A DNA stretch of 64,000 nucleotides from a virus (taxonomy: Duplodnaviria > Caudoviricetes), in the IMG/VR virus record IMGVR_UViG_3300037067_027684, positions 96,001 through 160,000 of that record; one strand, given 5' to 3'. Below, in pieces: positions 1 through 8,919 of the stretch (positions within the stretch are counted from its first letter, which is position 1; the number at the start of each line of letters is the position of its first letter). The translations under genes and the position numbers were made by a program. The notes beneath the pieces were generated by a model that had not been told where the DNA came from, made no database searches, and was given only the letters and a program-made list of their open reading frames with translations.

Positions 1-75
1 GATGACTCATGAGCAAGCTTTGCAGTTAATTTCCTTCCTTAAGGAGCAAGTCTCTTTTCTTGAGGTGAAGAAGAC

Positions 76-960
76 GTGAGGGTATTGGTTTTTGGTCATA
101 ATGGTCAAACGGGATTCTACTTAGAGAGACTAGTTTCACAGAAGGGTTGGACTTTTTATGGATCGTCACGAAGCACTGGTAGTTCTCCATCCTTGATTGG
201 TGATGTGTCTGATTATTCATTTGTTAAAAGGGTAATAGTTGAGACTTCACCTGATTGGATCATAAATCTTGCTGCTTACTCTAATACTAAACATCGGAAT
301 GTCCTTATTAATCATTTGACTATTGATACTGGTAATTTGAATGTTCTAGAAGCTGCACATATGCTTGCTCGTCATGCTAAAGTGTTTGTTACTGGTTCTG
401 GATTACAATTTAGGAATTCTGGTAAGCCAATTTCCCATACTGATGAGTTTGAAGCACGTGATCCATATTCTATGGCTAGGATTGCTTCTGTTTATCAGGC
501 TAGGTATTATCGTAGGTTGGGAATTAAGGCGTATGTCGGGTATCTATTCCATCATGAAAGTGCTTTGCGTCAGAAGAGTAGCGTAAGCCAAATTATTTTG
601 GGTGCTGCTAGGGAGGGAATTAGTGTTAGGATTGGTGATTTGGGTGTGGTGAAGGAGTGGACTTTTGCTGGTGATGTGGCTGAGGGTATTTTGACACTTA
701 TGAGTCAAGATGTGATTATGGAAGCTACGATTGGGTCAGGCATTGGACATTCAATAATGGATTGGGCTAAATTGTGTTATGCTCATTTTGATATGGATTG
801 GATGAGATTTTACCAACCAATTCCTGGTTATATTCCTGAATTTAAGATTTTGATTTCTAATCCGACAGTCATTAATGGTCTTGGATGGAAGCCGAAGGTT
901 GATTTCAAAGATCTAATAGGTTTGATGTTGCAAAAGCCAACCAACAGGAATTCAACATGA
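76..960 (+). CDS. GDP-mannose 4,6-dehydratase-like NAD(P)-dependent sugar-nucleotide epimerase/reductase (extended SDR)
   Basis: N-terminal GHNGQTG Rossmann motif, INLAA, PYSMAR (YxxxK variant), LFHHES, LGWKPKVDF as in the Gmd family. Confidence 0.85.
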   Translation: MRVLVFGHNGQTGFYLERLVSQKGWTFYGSSRSTGSSPSLIGDVSDYSFVKRVIVETSPDWIINLAAYSNTKHRNVLINHLTIDTGNLNVLEAAHMLARHAKVFVTGSGLQFRNSGKPISHTDEFEARDPYSMARIASVYQARYYRRLGIKAYVGYLFHHESALRQKSSVSQIILGAAREGISVRIGDLGVVKEWTFAGDVAEGILTLMSQDVIMEATIGSGIGHSIMDWAKLCYAHFDMDWMRFYQPIPGYIPEFKILISNPTVINGLGWKPKVDFKDLIGLMLQKPTNRNST

Positions 961-1859
961 GCTTGCAAGACGCCTTGGCAGTTTTCGATCACGCTCGTTT
1001 GTTTGCTCTTGGTACTGGTAAGAAGCCAACAATCATTATTAAACAAACAGAACATATGGGTGATACTTTATATGCTACTCCTGTGATTAGACATTATCGG
1101 ATGAAATATCCACATGCAGCTATTGCTTTTGTTACTGGTCATAAATATGCTGATGTCCATAGGTATAATCCCCATATCGATCGCTTATTTGTGGTCCCTG
1201 TTAATTCAGATTGGCGTTTAGCGTATAAGCAGAAGATGGATGCTTTTGCTGATATTGATATCAAGTTGGCCCCTGCTGTTGCTTTTGGTAAGTGGTATGC
1301 TAGTCATCAATGGAGTCATCCTAATTTATTCGATCAGTATTTATGTAATGCTGGTATTACTGATTTGAATCCGTTGGGTGGCAGACAACCAGTGGCTGTT
1401 TGTTCTAATGAGGAGGAGAGTTGGGTTACTAATTTTTTGGCGGTCAATAAGATTGATCCAAATAGAGCTATTGCTTTGGAGTATAATAGTTATTCTCATG
1501 GTTTGGGGTGGACTCCTGCTGAGTTTCAGCAATTTTGTCATATCTGCGTTAATAAGGTTTATGTTATTGCTTTGGCTGGTTCTAATGAGGGTCTCTATGT
1601 TAATACTGTTGATGCTCGTGGTACTTCTTGGTTGCGGTCTGCAGCTCTTTTGAATCGGATTAGAGGCATTGTTGGCGTTAGTTCTGGGATGTCTGTGTTG
1701 GCTTCTACTTGCCCTAGGAAGCCTTTCATTTTTGAGATTAATGTTCCTGATTCGATTTCTATTAAAACTATGGGTTTTAGTAGTAATTGTCTATCGGTTG
1801 TTGGTGGTTGTCCTGAGCATATGGTTAATTTGGTTTGTGATAAGGTTTTCAGATCATGA
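957..1859 (+). CDS. Glycosyltransferase family 9 (heptosyltransferase-like)
   Basis: MGDTLYATPVIRHYRMKYPHA, YNPHID, SSGMSVLA motifs typical of GT9. Confidence 0.8.
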   Translation: MSLQDALAVFDHARLFALGTGKKPTIIIKQTEHMGDTLYATPVIRHYRMKYPHAAIAFVTGHKYADVHRYNPHIDRLFVVPVNSDWRLAYKQKMDAFADIDIKLAPAVAFGKWYASHQWSHPNLFDQYLCNAGITDLNPLGGRQPVAVCSNEEESWVTNFLAVNKIDPNRAIALEYNSYSHGLGWTPAEFQQFCHICVNKVYVIALAGSNEGLYVNTVDARGTSWLRSAALLNRIRGIVGVSSGMSVLASTCPRKPFIFEINVPDSISIKTMGFSSNCLSVVGGCPEHMVNLVCDKVFRS

Positions 1860-2179
1860 GAAAGATTACTTCGTTGACTTTCAATTATAATGGGAATATT
1901 GTGTTTACTGATAATTCTAGTCATGTGTTTGCTGTGGTTTATGATGGAGTTCATGATGGGGAGCAGTTTCAGAAGTTGATTGGTAAGAGTTTTGATGATT
2001 TGAAGGAATTTATTAAAGCTTGGATTCCTGATATTCAGTCTTTGACTGCTGCGAAATCTAAGAAGGTTGTTTCTTCTTTTGCCTTGAATTTATATGGTAA
2101 TGTTTCTTTTGACGATGGGACAGTGGATGGTTTTAGTTTCGAATATCATCCTGATCATGGCCTAATTGAGCACATGTAG
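1856..2179 (+). CDS. Hypothetical protein; stand-alone copy of the N-terminal domain of 53666..55123
   Basis: ATGA overlap with GT9; two internal repeats of the GxVxF/YxD(N/G)(S/T) type shared with the 53666 ORF. Confidence 0.7.
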   Translation: MRKITSLTFNYNGNIVFTDNSSHVFAVVYDGVHDGEQFQKLIGKSFDDLKEFIKAWIPDIQSLTAAKSKKVVSSFALNLYGNVSFDDGTVDGFSFEYHPDHGLIEHM

Positions 2180-2290
2180 TATTTCTTTTAATATCTTTTG
2201 AATTTTTAGATTGAGCCTGTGCGATAGCACATAGCAGACACGATTTTAATCTCCTTAGAACCTCGATAGGAAACCCTTCGGAGGAAGAGA

Positions 2291-2680
2291 ATGAACATCT
2301 TTAGGACAGAATCGAAAATCCAAACAGAATCAGGAGAGACTTTCCACGAAGGAAAGTGGGATCGTCTTACGCCGTTTATGACTGCTGGTGGTCTTATTTT
2401 GACCGAATTGACTGACAACGAGTTTGATGGTGTTCTTAATCTGGGTGATTCTCTTGATCCTCTTGGTTTACGCGGATATATGGTTGCCTTACATGTTGAG
2501 AATCCGAGTGAGGACGATCCAAAATCTGTTAATCTTGCCGCTCTGCCTGCTAAGGATCAGATTTTAAGGCATCAAGATCGGTATTATTTGGTTAAGGTTG
2601 TGGTCCAGAGTAGTAGTTGTGGTATTGCGGTTTATGTAAAGCGTTTGTCTCGATTGGAGTTGTCTGGTTTTCTAAGATAG
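2291..2680 (+). CDS. Hypothetical protein
   Basis: GGAGG RBS; 129 aa ORF. Confidence 0.7.
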   Translation: MNIFRTESKIQTESGETFHEGKWDRLTPFMTAGGLILTELTDNEFDGVLNLGDSLDPLGLRGYMVALHVENPSEDDPKSVNLAALPAKDQILRHQDRYYLVKVVVQSSSCGIAVYVKRLSRLELSGFLR

Positions 2681-2688
2681 GAGCAGAC

Positions 2689-2868
2689 ATGTGTCCTGAA
2701 TGTGAGTTGAAGGATAAGCGTATCGTTGAGCTAGAGGCTGAATTAAAACAGTGGAAATGGAAGTGTGAAGATGTGTTGTTGACATTGTCGGCCATTCAAG
2801 TGGCCATTTGTGATTTTAAGGTTCGGGATTCCTGCGCGAAAGCTGATGGGTCAAGGACGAACTTATGA
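2689..2868 (+). CDS. Hypothetical coiled-coil protein
   Basis: AGGAG RBS before ATG 2689. Confidence 0.55.
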   Translation: MCPECELKDKRIVELEAELKQWKWKCEDVLLTLSAIQVAICDFKVRDSCAKADGSRTNL

Positions 2869-3112
2869 GCTTAGGCCAGATCGTTTTGAATGTACTCTTG
2901 AAGAGTGTCCTCATGGGTTATTTGTGCATTTTGTCACTAAGGATGAACCAATTTTTGGCTTCAAGACAGAATATGGTGATTGTGAGTGCTTTGTTGTGTC
3001 ATCTGGTGAGAAATTTTGTAGTCGTTCCGCTGGTGATGCGACTCCTGTTCCATTGAAAAAGTTAATGGTGGTGCCTGTTGTGATTTCCAAATGCGAGAGA
3101 GAATGCGTATGA
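2810..3112 (+). CDS. Hypothetical protein
   Basis: ORF fits gene tiling; start uncertain. Confidence 0.55.
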   Translation: MILRFGIPARKLMGQGRTYELRPDRFECTLEECPHGLFVHFVTKDEPIFGFKTEYGDCECFVVSSGEKFCSRSAGDATPVPLKKLMVVPVVISKCERECV

Positions 3113-3477
3113 GAATTCTTGGTGATAGACAATTAGTTTTCGACATTGTTGAAACCAAGGCACCGTCTGGGGAATCTTGTGTTTCGGTTACTATATGCGG
3201 TATTACTGCTAAAGTGCCCAATTGTCCCTATCTTATGAGTGTTACATTTAACAATACCCCAGATGGATATCAAGAACCCTATTTCTGTATGAGGCATCTT
3301 GAAACTAAGAGAGTTCTTGGTTCTGCTTTCACACTGGAAGAATCAAATATCGGTATTTTCGCAGCTATAGCTGCTGCTGAATGGCGCAAGAATGGTAATA
3401 TAGCTGAGGCTGATGCGTGGCAATCTATTTATAATGTTTTGGGGAACATTCATCAGATGACTGAGGCTGTTTATTAA
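3109..3477 (+). CDS. Hypothetical protein with N-terminal LGDRQLVF tag
   Basis: ATGA overlap with upstream ORF; begins MRILGDRQLVF. Confidence 0.65.
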   Translation: MRILGDRQLVFDIVETKAPSGESCVSVTICGITAKVPNCPYLMSVTFNNTPDGYQEPYFCMRHLETKRVLGSAFTLEESNIGIFAAIAAAEWRKNGNIAEADAWQSIYNVLGNIHQMTEAVY

Positions 3478-3582
3478 CATATGGTTTGTGAGACGATCCA
3501 ACTAAGAATTATCAATCCTATTAGGTATAGGATGAATTTCTCGTCTTCTGTTATGATGACTTCCCCGTAGGGAGGTTTGACT

Positions 3583-4053
3583 CTATACTCTGAGCGAGAA
3601 GTTTTCCAGAAGGTGTTCTCTCTTGATTGCCCATACTTCAGAGATACCTTCTTGGAGTGCTGCACAGTGTGTGACAAGGCAGCATGCTCCGATGGAGGCG
3701 ATGATGTAGATGTCCCCTTCTTTTTCATCTTGGCAGGCCCAAATTTGTCCTTGTTGGATTAGGACGGTATCTTGTGTTGTTTGAGGTTCTTTCTTGGCGG
3801 GTTCTTTCTTTGGTTCCTTCTTTTCTTTCTTGGCTTCTACGGGGGCAGGTGGTATACTGGGGGCCTCTACTGGGTCGGGGACTGGGAGGATGACTGCACC
3901 TTGTGGCTTTAGCTTACCGTCAGCTACTTTCTGTTGCATTTGTGTGGAGAAGTTTTTGCGATGGTTTTGGACGCGGATTGCGCCAAGGGCATCTGGCTTT
4001 CTGGTAAGGGGTTTGGTGACAATTCTGATTTCATCTCTTGACATGTGCTTCAC
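3583..4053 (-). CDS. Hypothetical Lys/Pro-rich protein
   Basis: 156 aa ORF divergent from HTH gene; TAAATA upstream on minus strand. Confidence 0.6.
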   Translation of the reverse strand: MKHMSRDEIRIVTKPLTRKPDALGAIRVQNHRKNFSTQMQQKVADGKLKPQGAVILPVPDPVEAPSIPPAPVEAKKEKKEPKKEPAKKEPQTTQDTVLIQQGQIWACQDEKEGDIYIIASIGACCLVTHCAALQEGISEVWAIKREHLLENFSLRV

Positions 4054-4067
4054 CCTCGGTTTATAAT
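4038..4067 (+). promoter_or_regulatory. Sigma70-type promoter candidate
   Basis: TTGACA-N18-TATAAT upstream of the HTH gene at 4115; overlaps the start of the divergent gene. Confidence 0.5.
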
Positions 4068-4114
4068 ATTTACGGCGTAACTAAACTTAGCAAAAATACC
4101 TTTGGAGGCCAAAC

Positions 4115-4414
4115 ATGAAACTTCAAGGCTTACATAAACTCTACATCGAAGATACCAAATTCCTTGATAACAAGGTTCTGGCGGAGGAGACTCCGACTAG
4201 TACGCCTATGTCAAAGGCGCTTGCTGATTCTGGCGAGTCGCAGGCTCAGATTGCTAAGGATGTTGGTGTTCATCCTAGTACGATTTCTAGATATAAGCAT
4301 AAGGAAGCTGCTCGTAAGAAGGGGAAAGGCCGCAGACCATCTTTTGACACCTTGAAGCGTCTTTCTCAGGTTGTTGGTCGTAAGGCTACGGTCCTTTTCC
4401 CTGAACTCTCTTAG
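4115..4414 (+). CDS. XRE/Cro-family helix-turn-helix protein
   Basis: SQAQIAKDVGVHPSTISRY...RRPSFDTLKRLSQVVG. Confidence 0.85.
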   Translation: MKLQGLHKLYIEDTKFLDNKVLAEETPTSTPMSKALADSGESQAQIAKDVGVHPSTISRYKHKEAARKKGKGRRPSFDTLKRLSQVVGRKATVLFPELS

Positions 4415-4422
4415 GATGGGGT

Positions 4423-4638
4423 ATGGATCAGGAAACATCTGGGGATTCTACTAGACATAAGAAATTCCCGCGTGGGAGTAAGAAGAATCCTTGGTATGCC
4501 ATTCCAGGTCAGATGATTGATGGTAAAGTTATAGTGCAGCATTGTTTTATGTTGTTTTGTAAGGATGGTATTTGGAAAACTACAAATAGGGAGGATATAC
4601 CAAAGGATGCTGTGATTAAGGTCACAACGTCTTACTAA
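4423..4638 (+). CDS. Hypothetical protein
   Basis: ORF in tiling. Confidence 0.5.
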   Translation: MDQETSGDSTRHKKFPRGSKKNPWYAIPGQMIDGKVIVQHCFMLFCKDGIWKTTNREDIPKDAVIKVTTSY

Positions 4639-4684
4639 CTTACGATGATTTTATGGAGAGATATTACGGATTGAGGAGAAGGTT

Positions 4685-5113
4685 ATGACCATTACGTGTA
4701 TTATCTGCAAGAAACCCATGAAAATTGTTGGATGGGCGAAGGATGATCCTATTCTGGAATGTGGGCATATTGCGCATGCTCTTAGTCCTGAAGAGATTGC
4801 TAAGAAAGCTTGTATTGAGACTGAGAATACGATCCTTCAGTTGATGAAGGAACGTGGGTATACTCGTGAGCAGGCTGAGGAGTTTTTGATTTATGATAGT
4901 TTGAATGCTTATGTGAAGGTCAAGACTTCAATGAAGGATAATATTGAGCCTGATCCTTTACCTTTTGCGGTTAAATTGGACCGTGCTTGTAAGCGTAGTG
5001 AGTTGAAGAATAAGTTTAAGGGTCCTCGTTGGTTAAATAATCCTCCTTCTGGTCCTCTTCCGTTTAGTTCATGGGAGGATGTTGACGAGATTATTGCTAA
5101 GATTTGGAATTAG
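4685..5113 (+). CDS. Hypothetical protein with N-terminal Zn-ribbon-like CxxC...CxH
   Basis: GAGGAG RBS; CIIC...CGH. Confidence 0.65.
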   Translation: MTITCIICKKPMKIVGWAKDDPILECGHIAHALSPEEIAKKACIETENTILQLMKERGYTREQAEEFLIYDSLNAYVKVKTSMKDNIEPDPLPFAVKLDRACKRSELKNKFKGPRWLNNPPSGPLPFSSWEDVDEIIAKIWN

Positions 5114-5114
5114 A

Positions 5115-5324
5115 ATGAAAGCGAAAGCTACAGTATCAAAGCATGAGCATGGTACATATGGCATCGACCGAGGTGGTGCGATTCTTTATGAATCTTCGCC
5201 AGAATTGGGTGGTTTTAATCTTGAAGTTGCCCGTAGAATTGTTCAATTGGAGAATAGCGACAACCCTCCAATTGATTGGGAGGAAACTGAATTGATACTT
5301 AGAGACGAAGGATATAATCTTTGA
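5115..5324 (+). CDS. Hypothetical protein
   Basis: Starts right after the upstream stop. Confidence 0.55.
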   Translation: MKAKATVSKHEHGTYGIDRGGAILYESSPELGGFNLEVARRIVQLENSDNPPIDWEETELILRDEGYNL

Positions 5325-5328
5325 TTAG

Positions 5329-5464
5329 CTTGGCCTTAGCGGGGCGTGGTTGCTCTCACAATGCGACCTTAAGACGCCATAGCAGTGCTGACGTGCGGGC
5401 CAAATGCTGCGGTTTCGTCCGCATCTCCGCATTTGGCTCCATTGGTGCGCGTCCCGCTCCCAAG
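5329..5464 (+). ncRNA. Candidate structured RNA or leader (unassigned)
   Basis: GC-rich intergenic segment; closing stem AGCGGGGCGTG/CGCGTCCCGCT; internal stems GGTTGC/GCGACC, GCCAAATGC/GCATTTGGC, TGCGG/CCGCA. Confidence 0.5.
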
Positions 5465-5468
5465 ACTT

Positions 5469-6137
5469 ATGAATAATGGTATTGTCTACGTAGCGACAGG
5501 GAAGTTTAATTATGTAGTGTCGTGCGGTTGTAGTATTCTGAGTGTCAAGCGTTTTAGCGATGTTCCTATCACAATATTAACTGATTCGCCTGTTGTTGAG
5601 GCATTGTCCTCAATTGCAGATGTTAAAGTTGTTAAAATTCCCGATGACCCAAAGTTGATTTATCCTTCTCGTTGGGTTAAGACTCAACTCGCTAAATTTA
5701 CACCATATGATAGGACTCTATTTTTAGATTCTGATATCTTATGTGTTGATAGGTTTGATGAATTATGGGACTATTCTGACGATCTTATTATTGCTGCTGA
5801 TGTCTATCCTGTTAAGTATATTGATGGTGTTCGATATGCTTATTATAATACTGGTGTTATTCTTTTTGATAGGAATAAGACTGTTGATTTGTTTGAGGAT
5901 TGGCATAATAGGTGGTTGGAGACTGGTAAGTGGGATCAGCCTTCTTTTGCTGTGGCCTTGAGTAAATGGGGTGGTACTCGCAACTTAGTGGATAAATTTG
6001 TTTATAATTGGAATGTTAGGGATGCTCGTTCGAAATTTGTGCATTATTGGCATGGAGTGTGTAATTTGTCTGTTTTTCCTAAGGAGGATGTGTTGCGGGT
6101 TATTTCTATGCTTGATCCTGATGGTTCGTTAAGATAA
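5469..6137 (+). CDS. GT-A glycosyltransferase (GT8/nucleotide-diphosphosugar transferase-like)
   Basis: GIVYVATG, TPYDRTLFLDSD (DxD), YNTGVILF, WDQPSF, FVHYW. Confidence 0.85.
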   Translation: MNNGIVYVATGKFNYVVSCGCSILSVKRFSDVPITILTDSPVVEALSSIADVKVVKIPDDPKLIYPSRWVKTQLAKFTPYDRTLFLDSDILCVDRFDELWDYSDDLIIAADVYPVKYIDGVRYAYYNTGVILFDRNKTVDLFEDWHNRWLETGKWDQPSFAVALSKWGGTRNLVDKFVYNWNVRDARSKFVHYWHGVCNLSVFPKEDVLRVISMLDPDGSLR

Positions 6138-6628
6138 CTTTCATCAACCAGATGTTTAACTAACTTTTCACACTGCTTGGTTTCTTCTTTTGTTACTTCA
6201 GTCATCATTTCATGGTATTTCTGTTTGCTATTAGAACCATGAAAGTTCTGGCTACCATTCCAGATTCTGTGATGGTCTTTATATGCCAAGAACAACATTT
6301 TGGTGTGATTATGGTCATTCCACAAGAACTGTATATTTTTGAAATTAGAACTTATTAATTGTACTTCTTTAATGATTCTATCTTCATTATTGTTTGGTGG
6401 CGTCATTATGATTGCTAATCCGCCTGGAGTTTGATTCATCAAATGAATAAATTTCTGGATGGGATTCATCTTGTGAAATGGTGGTATTTTTTGAGTTCCG
6501 TGACAATCGTGCCAATTTAGGAAAGCTGCATGGAAGTTATAAGTGGTTAATACGCCATGTTCAGGCGGTTCAACATAGACCAATTCAGCGAAATATTCCC
6601 AATAGTCTGGATCTTTATAGTCGTTCAT
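6044..6628 (-). CDS. Phospholipase D-family (HKD) nuclease-like protein
   Basis: NHTKMLFL...IWNGSQNF = HxK...GSxN single HKD motif. Confidence 0.6.
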   Translation of the reverse strand: MNDYKDPDYWEYFAELVYVEPPEHGVLTTYNFHAAFLNWHDCHGTQKIPPFHKMNPIQKFIHLMNQTPGGLAIIMTPPNNNEDRIIKEVQLISSNFKNIQFLWNDHNHTKMLFLAYKDHHRIWNGSQNFHGSNSKQKYHEMMTEVTKEETKQCEKLVKHLVDESYLNEPSGSSIEITRNTSSLGKTDKLHTPCQ

Positions 6629-6637
6629 TTTCTTTTA

Positions 6638-6697
6638 GTTTCCACGGAGGAAAGACTACTTTGTCCAGGTGTCGGACTACATTTCCTCCGTGGAAAC
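6638..6697. repeat. 16-bp perfect inverted repeat (hairpin; terminator or processing site)
   Basis: GTTTCCACGGAGGAAA ... TTTCCTCCGTGGAAAC, with inner GTCC/GGAC stem, between two minus-strand genes. Confidence 0.7.
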
Positions 6698-6710
6698 CCT
6701 TTGAAGCTGT

Positions 6711-7508
6711 TTAGACTGTTGCCGTTGCGGGTTCGGCAGGCGCGGGAGCCGGTGCTTCAGGCGCAGGAGCAGGTGCGGGAGCCGGTGCAGCGCTCTCCTT
6801 AATCTCCTGATGCTTGAAACCCTTCTTTTCGCGTTCTGCGATTACCTGAGCAGCATCCTTCGTACCCTTGAGGACTCGCGTGCTGTGTCCACCAGCCTTG
6901 GTTTCGATCTTGAGGCTGACTCGCTGGCCCTTCAGAGGGTACTTGCTTTCACCGTTCGCTCCACCCAGTACGTTGTTGGGGTAGCGGTAGGCATTGATGA
7001 AGTAGTAGTATCCACCCTTTTCATCAACTGCCAAGAAGGTGTGAAGCTTGTGGGTAGTATGGTCGAATTTACCACCCTTGGAGAGGAGTACTCCACCGTG
7101 GGCTTTGGCCCAGGCGTTTACGTCGAAGGGAATAATCTTGGATTTTACTTCCTTCTTCGCTTTCTTCTCTTTTGGTTCTTTCTTCTCTGGCTTGGTCGCC
7201 ATCGTCGTTCTCCTTGCCTCGCGGCTTTCTTGCTTCGGCTTCTGTGCCTCTGCTTTTGGTTCTTTGGTCTCTTTCTTGACCGGTTTTTGTGCTTCGGCTT
7301 GTGCTTTTTGCTCTGCTGTTTGTTTGATTACTTCAGCCACTCTCGACTTATGTACGCGGAAAATCACCCCTTTCGTGTCTTTGACGCGTAGGGCCTCGCG
7401 GTTGACGACGGCCACTACTAGGTATGGTTCATCAACCACTTGGCCATCGGGTGGCCCCTTCAGCTTCACAACATCGCCGTCACACATTACTGGTTTGATG
7501 TCGGGCAT
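6711..7508 (-). CDS. Hypothetical protein: SH3/KOW-like N-terminus, Lys/Glu linker, C-terminal domain paralogous to 7985..8494, Ala/Pro tail
   Basis: AGGAG RBS before ATG 7508; second in-frame ATG at 7202 with AAGGAG RBS. Confidence 0.75.
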   Translation of the reverse strand: MPDIKPVMCDGDVVKLKGPPDGQVVDEPYLVVAVVNREALRVKDTKGVIFRVHKSRVAEVIKQTAEQKAQAEAQKPVKKETKEPKAEAQKPKQESREARRTTMATKPEKKEPKEKKAKKEVKSKIIPFDVNAWAKAHGGVLLSKGGKFDHTTHKLHTFLAVDEKGGYYYFINAYRYPNNVLGGANGESKYPLKGQRVSLKIETKAGGHSTRVLKGTKDAAQVIAEREKKGFKHQEIKESAAPAPAPAPAPEAPAPAPAEPATATV

Positions 7509-7601
7509 TTGGCTGATATCTCCTGAAATCAATCTGCCGCCTTGTATCAAATCACTTCCACCTGTCAAGTAGGGGTGATTGCTCTCTTGTGTGGAGACTA
7601 A

Positions 7602-7629
7602 CCTCCCCAGAAGAGGGAGGAAGTGCCAC
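7602..7629 (+). promoter_or_regulatory. CCTCCC-N16-TGCCAC motif copy 1
   Basis: cctccc cagaagagggaggaag tgccac; intergenic. Confidence 0.65.
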
Positions 7630-7691
7630 TATGTCGTTGAGGACCACCAGCGGACTCCTCAGAAACATCCTCCTGATAGCGCCGATTGGTA

Positions 7692-7719
7692 CCTCCCCAT
7701 AGAGGGGAGGAGATGCCAC
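7692..7719 (+). promoter_or_regulatory. CCTCCC-N16-TGCCAC motif copy 2
   Basis: cctccc catagaggggaggaga tgccac; intergenic. Confidence 0.65.
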
Positions 7720-7946
7720 GACGACGGCGGAGGAAAAGAGGAAGCGCGTAGATGACGGTCAAACAAGAAAGGGGTTAAGATGAGTAGGATGAAGTCTTTC
7801 TCAGTAAGCTTTGGCGAGGGATTGAAGGACGTGCAACTAGACAATTCATCTTTAAGGAGGGAAGCTTGTGCGATAAATTAAATTTCTAAATTGTCTTGCC
7901 AATTATTGCCGGATTCGATACGAATCGATACCAATTACCGGACGAC

Positions 7947-7960
7947 GCGCCTACGGGCGC
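7947..7960 (+). other. C(UACG)G tetraloop hairpin in 5' leader
   Basis: GCGCC-TACG-GGCGC just upstream of the AAGGAG RBS of 7985. Confidence 0.55.
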
Positions 7961-7984
7961 AAAAACCCCAAAAGGAGAAACACA

Positions 7985-8494
7985 ATGAGTACTACGTTTG
8001 GTTGGACCAAGGTCGGGGCGTGCAAGATTGTGGCTCAGGATGAAGCTCGTGTTCGCATTCTGCTTCCTGGCCGCAAGAATCCGCAGTGGGTCAGCAAGAC
8101 TCACCTTCTGCCGGTTCCCGCCAGTCTCCGCCTCCTGAAGAAGGCTGAGTTTGACCAGAAGTGCGGCTGCACGTCCTTCGTGGATGTGAATGGTCAGAAG
8201 GTTGAGACGTACAACGTGTACGGTTCTGTGGGCAAGTACCTGAAGTCTGGCATCAGCGAAGGTCTGGACGCCAGCGCTCATCACCGCCGCGTTTTCCTCT
8301 CCGAGAAGGGTTTCGTTCGGGCCAAGGGTGCGGTCCGGAATGCTAAGGACCTTGGTGCGGTTCTCTTCAACTACCAGAAGGATGGTTACAAGATCCTTTC
8401 GGGCGAGAAGAAGGCCAAGGCTCCGAAGATTGTTCCGGTTATCGTTGAAGCTCCGGTTGCTGCTCCGGTTCCCGAGGCTGTTCCCGCCGTCTGA
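7985..8494 (+). CDS. Hypothetical protein, paralog of the divergent 6711..7508 gene
   Basis: Strong RBS; GC-richer codons; shared LLxK..FD...F..V....N.Y and KxG[YF] pattern; AP-rich tail. Confidence 0.8.
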   Translation: MSTTFGWTKVGACKIVAQDEARVRILLPGRKNPQWVSKTHLLPVPASLRLLKKAEFDQKCGCTSFVDVNGQKVETYNVYGSVGKYLKSGISEGLDASAHHRRVFLSEKGFVRAKGAVRNAKDLGAVLFNYQKDGYKILSGEKKAKAPKIVPVIVEAPVAAPVPEAVPAV

Positions 8495-8514
8495 AGTTAC
8501 TCCTGAGGAAGAAT

Positions 8515-8541
8515 GGGGTGCCGCCTGTCTGGGGCACCCCA
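8515..8541 (+). terminator. Hairpin after 7985..8494
   Basis: TGGGGTGCC...GGCACCCCA stem; no U tract. Confidence 0.5.
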
Positions 8542-8592
8542 AGTCGTATTCATCTTGACGGCATGAAGTGAACCCCTTGAAGGAAAACAGTC

Positions 8593-8919
8593 ATGGAAGA
8601 GAAGACTCCAATTCCCGAGAATTGGCTCTACGAGGTCGGCATTGAAGATCCTCGTCCCCCTTCTCCCGAAGAATTTGCAGAAGCGCTACGAACTCTGGCT
8701 GATTACCCGACTCTGTTTGCATTGATTTTGGATTTGAAGCTTGCAGTTCAGAGGATTGAGAATTGTCCTAAAGCCCCGCCAGAAATGTTGAAGCTGGTGA
8801 AGGCATATAAGCCTTGTATTAATTGTCTAGTTGATGATGCTAAGCTTCTTCTTGAGAAGATGCGCCGTGATCATGAGAATGGTCAAGGTATCAGGAACAA
8901 GGAAGATTCAAATGGATGA
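8593..8919 (+). CDS. Hypothetical protein
   Basis: AAGGA RBS; 108 aa. Confidence 0.65.
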   Translation: MEEKTPIPENWLYEVGIEDPRPPSPEEFAEALRTLADYPTLFALILDLKLAVQRIENCPKAPPEMLKLVKAYKPCINCLVDDAKLLLEKMRRDHENGQGIRNKEDSNG

